Virus record (IMG/VR): IMGVR_UViG_3300035530_000048
Span: 1 to 29,584 of that record
Length of the DNA: 29,584 nt
Source of the DNA: a virus
Taxonomy: Duplodnaviria; Caudoviricetes
Reading direction: 5' to 3' (one strand)
Below the pieces are notes generated by a model. The model was given only the letters and a program-made list of their open reading frames with translations. It was not told the origin of the DNA and did not search any database. The position numbers and the translations under genes were made by a program. Below, one piece after another: positions 8,785 to 17,326 of this stretch (its first letter is position 1; each line of letters starts with the position of its first letter).

Positions 8785-10053
8785 TTATGTAATATTTGTA
8801 ATAGCTACATCTATAAGGTATATATAGAGGCATATGAAATAAAATGCTGATGGTTGTTCAAGATTTCTAAAATCTTTTAAATATACTTCAATTAAGTTAT
8901 TTATATCGAGACTAGTATAATCTATAATCGTATCATATAATACAATTTCAAATTCTGTCATAGTAGTTTTATCGCCCATATAAAACGCTTTAGATAAAAT
9001 ATAGGTCTCTTCTTCATTAGGATCAACTACTAACAATTCTTCTTTTTTAGTGTTGATTAATTCACTATCATCTAGATGTATAAATTGTCTATTGAGTAAT
9101 CCTGTAATATTAGCATCCCATAGCTCAGAAGTATTTTTTAATGTATAAAATTTATATCTGAGTGCACTAACATCACAATGGGTAGCTCCGGTCAACAAAA
9201 ACCAAATAGATGAATAATAGTCAGTAGCTTCTGGATATATCTGCATAGGCAATTCTGGAACATCTAAATAGGATACTTTGGCTTGAATAAACTCAACTAC
9301 ATATGGATCATATACACCATCCAATCGCATAACAGTATTATACTCTTTATAATAATACGTCTGGAAGAAATGTTGAACTAACAATTCTCGATATCGTCGA
9401 AGTGTACGAAGATGTATATAACTATCAGTAGTCAATAGTGTTGCATTATGTGATAGATATTTCTGTTTATCGAAATATAGTTCTTCACTAACAGATTGAT
9501 TTAATTTTTCTACATTACCAAGCTCTTCGTCAGCATATTCAACTAATCGAAAAGATACTTTATGATAAGTACCTTGTTGAATAGATAATCTTGTAACATT
9601 ATCAATAATGAAAATGCCAATTTGATTATCAGGTAATGCATATAGGAAAACATCACCTACATATGGATTGAGTCCAGGATATGTCAATCCTGATCCTACG
9701 ATAGTCATAATTGTAGTTTCTTCATCATAAGAGATATCTAGTTGTCCTTCTAATCTTAACTCAAAATCATGAATAAGACTATACTCATCATGTACACTAT
9801 GTCGAAAAATAGTATAGTCAATTTCTCCAGTCTGCGATACGATAGGTGCAATTCGATGATAATATTCAATCTCGATAGGTGCACCATCTGCATATCCCAT
9901 CAATGTACCATATATAGAATTATACCGATTTGGAGATATAGCAGTTCTATTGATGAATGTATCTTTTACATCAGCTTCACCATCTTTAATGATTTTAGAT
10001 TTATCTTGTTGTGATAGTATATCTACCGACTCTGAATGGGTAGCTAAAGCCAT
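8785..10053 (-). CDS. Putative virion structural protein (phiKZ gp99-like)
   Basis: YPGLNPYVGDVFLYALPDNQIGIFIIDNVTRLSI and YDPYVVEFI motifs; AGGAGG RBS inside the upstream gene. Confidence 0.55.
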   Translation of the reverse strand: MALATHSESVDILSQQDKSKIIKDGEADVKDTFINRTAISPNRYNSIYGTLMGYADGAPIEIEYYHRIAPIVSQTGEIDYTIFRHSVHDEYSLIHDFELRLEGQLDISYDEETTIMTIVGSGLTYPGLNPYVGDVFLYALPDNQIGIFIIDNVTRLSIQQGTYHKVSFRLVEYADEELGNVEKLNQSVSEELYFDKQKYLSHNATLLTTDSYIHLRTLRRYRELLVQHFFQTYYYKEYNTVMRLDGVYDPYVVEFIQAKVSYLDVPELPMQIYPEATDYYSSIWFLLTGATHCDVSALRYKFYTLKNTSELWDANITGLLNRQFIHLDDSELINTKKEELLVVDPNEEETYILSKAFYMGDKTTMTEFEIVLYDTIIDYTSLDINNLIEVYLKDFRNLEQPSAFYFICLYIYLIDVAITNIT

Positions 10054-11641
10054 TGGTACCTCCTTGTCCCTCTAATAAAGGTCTATTGGCTTTGGTCACC
10101 AATAGTTGTTTGTCTTCTATTTCTTCATATCCATCTAAGTCTTCATACTTAACTGCATTGGTAGGTGTATATTTATCTCGATTTGGATATACTAATCCAT
10201 TATCTATATAGATATCACCTTTTTCTTTTAATATATCCAACTGTCTGATAATAGTCGATGCAAAGAAATTGTCATATTTTATAAGTATAGGTGTATATCT
10301 TGAATTAAGATTTTTTATATCTAACAATTCACTTAAAACTATATGATATCGTTTATGTTTAATAGTAGATTTTACATATACTACTAAGTCTTGATCTATA
10401 TCCAACAGCGAAGGATCTACCTGTACATCGTTAGCATATACAGATATATTAAATAGTGCATCGGTATTGAATGATGCTCTTCCTTGGAGTTTTAAAGTTT
10501 CAATAAGGATAGGATGTAATTTACTATCGTTAGGTAATTCATTTATGAGATCTATCTTTGATATCTGTTCACCTTCTGGAGATGTAGGATCTAACAATAA
10601 AGTCCCTATAAAGAAATGTTTGTATGGATTATTGTGCATATTGTTATTGTATGTAGGAATCTCCCAATCATCAAAAGCTGGATATCTAACTATATGTTGT
10701 ACATACTTTTTAGTATATTGTTTAGATATATATTGTTGCATAACTACATCAACATTGACTCCTTCTATATCGGTAGGATGATAAGGTTCTACTTGTGGAC
10801 ATATTTCTACAGGTATCAACTTATTTTCTATAGTAGTTGGATAATATAAAGCTAATGTATTAGGTCTAGAAAATTGATAATAAAAAGATATAGGGATATT
10901 CCAAACATCAGGTAATTTATTTATTTTTTGTGAATCAGGTTGTTCGACAGAAGTAAGTAACTCAGATAATACTCTAAACTGATTCTTCTGAATGATGATT
11001 TGTGTATTATCTTTGTTTCGAGACTTTAAATAACTTACATTATCATTACTACCGTATTTAAGATATTTAGCAAATGTCATATCTATATCAAACTCTTTCA
11101 TGTTGTACAAGATATGTAATATCTTGAAAATAGCAATTGGAAATGGATATGAATAATATATATCATTATATTCTATTATAGATCCAGTATAGTGTCTACT
11201 ATATATAGCATCCAGAACTTGATATGCTAACTCTTTATACTTAAATGAAAATTGTATATTGAGATTTACTGAACAAGGAACTAATTGTTCTTGTAAATAT
11301 ATATTAGCTCTTTTGTCAATAAAGAGTGAATGGTTTTCGTGTTTATCAAATAATGAAGTTCCATATGCTGGAGTATATTTTGATGTAGTCATAGGCCACT
11401 TTACATCAGCACTATTAAAATTGGGAACAACTTCGATATCTACACGATTAGTAGTCAGTTTAGGACGATGATTCTTATCACTAGTTTGTGACGCTGCACT
11501 ACCGGGACTATTATAATAAATAGAATCTTTTATAGTATCCCAAATACCTAAAGTTTTAAATAGTTTTTGAATAAGTTGTTCTGATATAGGTTGGATCATT
11601 TGAGTAATGGATTCGTCTATAATTTTGTAAAATGATGGCAT
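10001..11641 (-). CDS. Putative virion structural protein (phiKZ gp98-like)
   Basis: 546-aa ORF; YQFSRP..L.LYYP..IEN.LIP and YPAFDDW motifs; GGAGGA RBS. Confidence 0.55.
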   Translation of the reverse strand: MPSFYKIIDESITQMIQPISEQLIQKLFKTLGIWDTIKDSIYYNSPGSAASQTSDKNHRPKLTTNRVDIEVVPNFNSADVKWPMTTSKYTPAYGTSLFDKHENHSLFIDKRANIYLQEQLVPCSVNLNIQFSFKYKELAYQVLDAIYSRHYTGSIIEYNDIYYSYPFPIAIFKILHILYNMKEFDIDMTFAKYLKYGSNDNVSYLKSRNKDNTQIIIQKNQFRVLSELLTSVEQPDSQKINKLPDVWNIPISFYYQFSRPNTLALYYPTTIENKLIPVEICPQVEPYHPTDIEGVNVDVVMQQYISKQYTKKYVQHIVRYPAFDDWEIPTYNNNMHNNPYKHFFIGTLLLDPTSPEGEQISKIDLINELPNDSKLHPILIETLKLQGRASFNTDALFNISVYANDVQVDPSLLDIDQDLVVYVKSTIKHKRYHIVLSELLDIKNLNSRYTPILIKYDNFFASTIIRQLDILKEKGDIYIDNGLVYPNRDKYTPTNAVKYEDLDGYEEIEDKQLLVTKANRPLLEGQGGTNGFSYPFRVGRYTITTR

Positions 11642-11782
11642 AACATTTATCCTCCTATACGATGGATAACTTATATTATTTGTGATTATATAATTAGACC
11701 ATTTTATACAAAGCTACTCGACTAGAGAAACCGTGTTGGCATTATAAATCTATTATACCAAATATTAAAAGGAGCGTATGGT

Positions 11783-13741
11783 ATGTTGAAAGAGATCAAT
11801 GCTTTAATGCAAATGAATAATGGTACATCTGATGAGTGGAATCTTGTCGATGTTGTTATTCCCCAAGGTCTGTTGGTATACTCAACAGATACTCAACAGT
11901 TTAAGTTGGGTGATGGGAATACTTTATTTGTCCATTTGCCAGTATTTTTTGATGCTACTACTGCTGGGGATGTTGAAACATTTAAAAACAATTTTCCCAA
12001 TATCAATGCTGTAGATGCTAATAAGTTGTTAGTAGTCAATAGTCAAGGTGATGGATTTACTTTAACTGATTTTACTTTGTCAGATCTAGCTACGGTAAAT
12101 ATGATGAATGTAGCTTTAGCAGATAAGTCTCCTAAAGTACATACTCATCTGTTAAATGATATCGTAGGGGCTAATAGTGCAGCAGCTAAAGATGTCGGCA
12201 TTACAGCTGGTCAGGTCCCAGTAGTTGGTGCTAATGGTAAATTGTCTGAAGATGTAATACCTACTATCGATGACAACAGTTCTACTAAAGATGATATCAT
12301 CACTTGGTTGGTAATGAAACAGTTGGTAGAAGATGATCAAGTAAAACTCAATATGCCTAACGGGTATGTAGATGAATTTGAAGATGAGAGTCATATCGAT
12401 ACTGCCGTAAGTATAAATAGTACATATGATGCAACTACTGGTATGTATACTCTTACTGAAGGTACTATTCAGGCCATGAGTGAAACTTTAGAAGTATCTC
12501 CATCTACTATACATACATTTTTTAGATCTACTGAAACTAATACTAACATCGAATTGTTCTTTGAAATCTCTAGAGATGGTGGTACTAATTGGGCATATAC
12601 TCCAGTACAACAGAGTCGTATGTCTGGCGATGTTATCAAGATCTATACTGGAGATTGTAGTTTTGATGAAGAGAACGATAGTAAGATTGTTATACCTAGC
12701 GATTTCGAGATCGTAGACGATAAAGGAAATATTAGTCAGTTTACTGTAGATACAGCCTATACGAGTGGACACTTTGATAGTGCAGTATCTAGTGATATCA
12801 TTGTAGGATCATACATGACTATCGCTACTGTAGGTACTATCAAAATTACAGGTATATCTGGAGATGGTACAGCTGTAGATAGTGTAACTTATAATTGTGA
12901 TGATGTATATAGGGTATTGCCGCCGACTATTGTATCGCCTAGTGATAATGAAGTGGGCGTGATGGCTCCTATGACTGTAGAGTTGAGTACTTTTGATCCT
13001 TATGGTCTTACTGATACTCAAATTGGAAGTAGGGTCGATGTAGCCACTGATAGTGAATTTTTGAATATCTTATGTTCACCTACCAGTACAGAAAATAGTG
13101 TAGAGATAACGGAAGCTGATGGTCTAGTCACATCACAGAGTCTCTATCTGAGAGGATACCAAGAAGGACAGACTCTGGGATGGAGTAAAGCTGGTAGTAG
13201 TATACATATCACTATGGCTGATCAGTTTATAGGACATGGTGTAGCAGTAGCAGGTGGCACAGCCATAGGTCCATATACCTTTGCAGATGGTCAGACTGGG
13301 TATATAGTAGTACCTAGTAGTAGTGTGTTTACCGATAAGAAGTATGGATATTATAATGTAAATACTGATAGCTTAGGGTTGGCTTGTAGTACTTCCAATA
13401 CTTGGACAGATACTCGTACTGGATTGTATAATACTCAACGCTTATGTACTCAAAGTGGAGATGATGCTTATACTGATCCTAACGATAACCCAGCTCACTA
13501 TTGTAATAATCTAGTACATGATGGATGTAATGACTATTTTCTACCTAATGTAAATGAGTTGTACTATATCTATGAAAATAGATCATTACTAGGTATGACA
13601 TGGCCAAATACTTATGTATGGTCTAGTAGTCAATACGACTCGACTACTTACTCGTGGAACGTGTATTCGAGCGGTGGGGTGTACCGCAGCGGTCGGGACG
13701 GTCAGTTTGGAGTCGTTCCTGTCCGGAGAGTAGTAGTATAG
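11783..13741 (+). CDS. DGR target: tail fibre / receptor-binding protein with Mtd_N-like N-terminus and C-terminal C-type-lectin (DUF1566-like) variable domain
   Basis: N-terminal GTSDEW...GLLVYSTDTQQFKLGDGNTLFVHLP; fibre motifs HTHLLNDIVG and GQVPVVGANGKL; C-terminal DYFLPNVNEL...YVWSSSQ...VVPVRR ending in the VR. Confidence 0.88.
   Translation: MLKEINALMQMNNGTSDEWNLVDVVIPQGLLVYSTDTQQFKLGDGNTLFVHLPVFFDATTAGDVETFKNNFPNINAVDANKLLVVNSQGDGFTLTDFTLSDLATVNMMNVALADKSPKVHTHLLNDIVGANSAAAKDVGITAGQVPVVGANGKLSEDVIPTIDDNSSTKDDIITWLVMKQLVEDDQVKLNMPNGYVDEFEDESHIDTAVSINSTYDATTGMYTLTEGTIQAMSETLEVSPSTIHTFFRSTETNTNIELFFEISRDGGTNWAYTPVQQSRMSGDVIKIYTGDCSFDEENDSKIVIPSDFEIVDDKGNISQFTVDTAYTSGHFDSAVSSDIIVGSYMTIATVGTIKITGISGDGTAVDSVTYNCDDVYRVLPPTIVSPSDNEVGVMAPMTVELSTFDPYGLTDTQIGSRVDVATDSEFLNILCSPTSTENSVEITEADGLVTSQSLYLRGYQEGQTLGWSKAGSSIHITMADQFIGHGVAVAGGTAIGPYTFADGQTGYIVVPSSSVFTDKKYGYYNVNTDSLGLACSTSNTWTDTRTGLYNTQRLCTQSGDDAYTDPNDNPAHYCNNLVHDGCNDYFLPNVNELYYIYENRSLLGMTWPNTYVWSSSQYDSTTYSWNVYSSGGVYRSGRDGQFGVVPVRRVVV
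13640..13729 (+). repeat. DGR variable repeat (VR)
   Basis: 90 nt, 78/90 identical to 14561-14650; forms the last 30 codons before GTA GTA GTA TAG. Confidence 0.92.
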
Positions 13742-13775
13742 TAAATAGTTTTGTAGTATAAACTATTTACTATAC
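13736..13775 (+). promoter_or_regulatory. Hairpin/cruciform immediately downstream of VR (DGR target-recognition type; may also terminate transcription)
   Basis: 16-bp perfect stem GTATAGTAAATAGTTT / AAACTATTTACTATAC with an 8-nt loop, overlapping the stop codon. Confidence 0.75.
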
Positions 13776-13999
13776 GCTGGTATATGGCCATATCTTAATT
13801 CTTAACTCTTTAAAATTGGGAAGCGTCGGAATTTGCTATAGAAGTAGTAAACTACTTCTATACCGTACGATTGAAAATCGTAGGAAAGGAGACGCTTAAA
13901 CTCTCCAAATAGTTTATTTTATCTATAAGGTAGTGTAGGATAGGTAGTAATATCCTACACTACCTATCCTTTAATCCTTTTATCTCATACGAAATTCTT

Positions 14000-14362
14000 A
14001 TGCCATTAGCTTACCAGAAGATACAATTATATAAGGTCGGATTGCAAGTAATTACAGAAATGCATAAATATGTCAGTAAAATGAATAAACTTTATAAATA
14101 TTCATTGGGCACCAATTTAACTAATACTATGATGTATTGTGTTGAATTAATTTGTTGGACATATACTGTTCCTGACGATTTATCTAAATTTAATGGATTA
14201 CAAGTACTTAAAAATAATATAACTGCAGTCACTATTCAACTTAATATTGCCTTACACTTAGGAATAATAAAAAGAGCTAAATATGAGTATTTCATTATTG
14301 AATTAGTAAAAATGTTAGAACAAACAGATAAATGGATCAATTCTTTAAAAGTAAATAACTAA
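14000..14362 (+). CDS. avd: DGR accessory variability determinant (Avd-like four-helix bundle)
   Basis: 120-aa helical, basic ORF between target and TR/RT; LYK...KLYKYSLGTNL...LHLGII..KY...W pattern. Confidence 0.8.
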   Translation: MPLAYQKIQLYKVGLQVITEMHKYVSKMNKLYKYSLGTNLTNTMMYCVELICWTYTVPDDLSKFNGLQVLKNNITAVTIQLNIALHLGIIKRAKYEYFIIELVKMLEQTDKWINSLKVNN

Positions 14363-14506
14363 TAATACTTAATATAATTATTCCAAATTATACCTAGTAT
14401 ATTGTATATCTATCTGTCAGAATAATATCTTCCTAATGAAGTTATTAGAGTACTATCATCTCGGTTTATACTACCTTCTATGGTTATATTTTATATTTCA
14501 TATAAA

Positions 14507-14538
14507 TACTATCGAAGGCGGAAACGTCTTCGATGGTA
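14507..14538 (+). other. RNA hairpin with GAAA tetraloop upstream of TR (probably part of the DGR template RNA)
   Basis: TACTATCGAAGGCG-GAAA-CGTCTTCGATGGTA: 14 pairs including two G-U, which points to an RNA-level structure on the + strand. Confidence 0.6.
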
Positions 14539-14560
14539 ACAAATGTATAAACTACAATAC

Positions 14561-14650
14561 TCGACTACTAACTCGTGGCTCGTGCATTCGAGCGGTGGGG
14601 TGAACGCCAGCGATCGGCACAATCAGTATGGAGTCGTTCCTGTCCGGAGA
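14561..14650 (+). repeat. DGR template repeat (TR), atypically depleted of AAY codons
   Basis: Non-coding copy of the VR in the canonical position between avd and RT; 6 mismatches at TR adenines and 6 at non-A bases. Confidence 0.85.
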
Positions 14651-14657
14651 TGATATA

Positions 14658-15779
14658 ATGATAGATATACTACCCGACAATGAGATATTATTTGAGGAGT
14701 TATTACACGCCTATTTGGATTGTCGAAACTCAAAACGTTATAAAAATACCCAACTAGATTTTGAATTAGATCATTTAAACAATCTTAGACAGTTATTGGT
14801 AGAATTAAATACATACACATATCAAATACAACAATCAATAGTATTTATTATTACTGATCCTAAAATTAGAGAAGTATGGGCAGCAACTTTCAGAGATAGA
14901 ATAGTTCATCATTTGATATATAACAATCTTAAATATATCGAAAAAAGATTTATCGAAGATACCTATAGTTGTATCGAAAATAGAGGTACCTTAGCTGCAG
15001 CTTATCGTCTAGATCATTTTTGTAAAAGTATAACCCATACATATACAAAAACAGCATATTATTTCAAATTTGACATTACCAACTTTTTTGGATCTATAGA
15101 TAAAAATATTTTATGGAATATAGTTGAACCTTTAATTAGTAGAACTATTATCAAAAAATTATTATACCAAGTTATATTTAACGATCCTACAATAGATCCT
15201 ATTTATATGGGTAATTATCATAATGAAGTATTACAATTGCCTCAACATAAATCATTATTCAATAGACCAAAAGATGTTGGATTACCTATAGGAAATATCA
15301 CCAGTCAATTTCTAAGTAATCTATATCTCAATATATTAGATCAATATATCAAACATCAATTACATTGTAAATATTATTTAAGATATGCAGACGATGCTAT
15401 TATCTTAGATTACTCTAAAGATAACTTATTGTACTATCAAAAAATTATAAATGAATATTTATATGATCAATTACATCTAACATTACATCCCGACAAATGC
15501 TATATCAATGAAATATCTTCCGGTATAGATTTTGTAGGATATATCATTTATCCATACTACACACAACTAAGACCACATACTATTGAAAAAGTATTTAAGA
15601 TAACTAAAAATAAAAAATATCTTCCATTAGAAGATTTAACAGCTTCCATAAATAGTTATCTAGGAATGCTAAGACATACAACATCATATAATACAAGAAA
15701 GTTAGTATGCCAATCATGCCATATTCCTATGATAATAGAATACAATGATACATATACTAAAGTTTCTTCTTTTTCTTAA
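14658..15779 (+). CDS. DGR reverse transcriptase
   Basis: DPKIREVWAATFRDRIVHH, YSCIENRGT, FKFDITNFFGSID, GLPIGNITSQFLSNLYL, YLRYADDAII and GIDFVGY; likely start is ATG 14658 with GGAGA SD at 14646-14650. Confidence 0.95.
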   Translation: MIDILPDNEILFEELLHAYLDCRNSKRYKNTQLDFELDHLNNLRQLLVELNTYTYQIQQSIVFIITDPKIREVWAATFRDRIVHHLIYNNLKYIEKRFIEDTYSCIENRGTLAAAYRLDHFCKSITHTYTKTAYYFKFDITNFFGSIDKNILWNIVEPLISRTIIKKLLYQVIFNDPTIDPIYMGNYHNEVLQLPQHKSLFNRPKDVGLPIGNITSQFLSNLYLNILDQYIKHQLHCKYYLRYADDAIILDYSKDNLLYYQKIINEYLYDQLHLTLHPDKCYINEISSGIDFVGYIIYPYYTQLRPHTIEKVFKITKNKKYLPLEDLTASINSYLGMLRHTTSYNTRKLVCQSCHIPMIIEYNDTYTKVSSFS

Positions 15780-15819
15780 TTTCCACATATAACACAAAAA
15801 ATTACAGGAGTATATCTTT

Positions 15820-16389
15820 ATGCAATCAGGTACGTATACAGTAGAACGGATCTCTAAAATTTCAGATACTCTTGGATCAGATCAAGTAGGTCTGTTTGGT
15901 AAAGCTGGACTTACTACTTCTCTCGTAGTCAATAGTACTAACGTTAAGATCGTTGAAATGGATGAATTGTTAGACAACGGTACTATTTTCTACACTATCC
16001 AATTTGGTACAGAGTTTAAAATCTATAAGAACTCTACATGGAAGTCTGTGGTCCGAGACAATGCAGGTACTTTTGAATATCTTGATGCTTCTGAACAGTG
16101 GGTAGCTGCTAATGATAGAGATACAGCACTTGCTGAAGCTACTCTTATTACTAATAATCAAATGACAGCTACTATACTTAATACTATTCCCATGAGTGCA
16201 TATACAGAAACGCCTTCTCTTTTGACTGTGACGTATGGAGTAGCCAGTGAGGATAATGGTATCATCGGAGGTAAAGTTGTAGCTACTTCTAATAAGACAT
16301 TTCCTGAAGGTACAGATGTCAAATGGCGTATCAGATCCATTACTGACTCACCTATCAATATCCATGGCGTATCTTTGAGTTGGAATTAA
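15820..16389 (+). CDS. Tail-fibre C-terminal-like protein, possibly the displaced 3' end of the ancestral target gene
   Basis: AGGAG RBS; ends in GTDVKWRIRSITDSPINIHGVSLSWN, a beta-sandwich terminus of the kind seen in phage tail proteins. Confidence 0.6.
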   Translation: MQSGTYTVERISKISDTLGSDQVGLFGKAGLTTSLVVNSTNVKIVEMDELLDNGTIFYTIQFGTEFKIYKNSTWKSVVRDNAGTFEYLDASEQWVAANDRDTALAEATLITNNQMTATILNTIPMSAYTETPSLLTVTYGVASEDNGIIGGKVVATSNKTFPEGTDVKWRIRSITDSPINIHGVSLSWN

Positions 16390-16413
16390 TATCACATCCT
16401 TATCTTTTATATC

Positions 16414-16453
16414 TATATAGAGAGTCTCTCTATTATGAGAGACTCTCTATATA
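16414..16453 (+). terminator. Intrinsic terminator-like hairpin
   Basis: 17-bp stem TATATAGAGAGTCTCTC / GAGAGACTCTCTATATA with TATTAT loop. Confidence 0.75.
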
Positions 16454-16556
16454 TGTTATTACACATTGTTCTATATAGTTAACTACTACTCTGAAACATA
16501 CTATAATTTATATTCGATTATATTCATATTTAGAATATCAATAAGGAGATATATCA

Positions 16557-17312
16557 ATGATAGATATAAGTGCATTATGCTCATTTCCATCAGGCACAGA
16601 AGCTGAATGGAAACTCTTAACTACACCACTGCCGGTAAATAATATATTTTATGCTACAGATATCAATATACTCAAACGAGGTGATGGTATACATCTTTGG
16701 GACGATCTGCCTATCTTTTTAGATATAGCTACTATTGAAAGCAATTCTGAATATATCGACAAATTGCTAACGTTAAATGGGACATACAAATCTACACCAT
16801 TAATGACTTCAGAAGATGGTACTCAAATTATACCCGCTTTCGGAAATACACATATACCTACAGGATTTGTTACTATTTGGTTTTCTGAAAATTTACCTAG
16901 TGGATTTCTAGAATTAGATGGATCATGGTTATCCAAAACCACATATAGTAAGTTGTATTCTATTTTAGGAGATAGTTATGGAAGTACTGATACGCAATTC
17001 AGACTTCCAGATACTCGAGGACAGTTTATACGAGGTTGGTCACATGGTACATCTACTGATCCTGATAAAGATCTACGTACAGATAGAGGAGATACTACTA
17101 CAGGAGATCATGTAGGTACTATTCAGGCATGTGAAATCCAATCCCATAATCACAATACTTTAGGTGACCTCAAAGAATATACTGTCAGTAATACAACTAC
17201 TCTTTATGATATCCGGAGCTCTAAATGGGTTGGAGATTTTTCTGTCGAACCAACTGGTGGATCTGAAACTAGACCTAAAAATATCAACGTAATGTTTTGT
17301 ATTAAATATTGA
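16557..17312 (+). CDS. Short tail fibre protein: Mtd_N-like N-terminus plus phage tail collar domain
   Basis: GTEAEW...YATDINILKRGDGIHLWDDLP; PTGFVTIW...PSGFLELDGS...FRLPDTRGQFIRGW...ETRPKNINVMFCIKY. Confidence 0.85.
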   Translation: MIDISALCSFPSGTEAEWKLLTTPLPVNNIFYATDINILKRGDGIHLWDDLPIFLDIATIESNSEYIDKLLTLNGTYKSTPLMTSEDGTQIIPAFGNTHIPTGFVTIWFSENLPSGFLELDGSWLSKTTYSKLYSILGDSYGSTDTQFRLPDTRGQFIRGWSHGTSTDPDKDLRTDRGDTTTGDHVGTIQACEIQSHNHNTLGDLKEYTVSNTTTLYDIRSSKWVGDFSVEPTGGSETRPKNINVMFCIKY

Positions 17313-17326
17313 GGAGTTCATGAATA

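Noticed and set aside
14628-14657. RT start at 14628 as given in the ORF track
   Set aside because: It lies inside the TR with no SD; ATG 14658 has GGAGA 7 nt upstream
14658-15779. RT as a group II intron, retron or Abi RT
   Set aside because: Short, no maturase or endonuclease extension, has the GNxxSQ motif, and is accompanied by avd and a TR/VR pair
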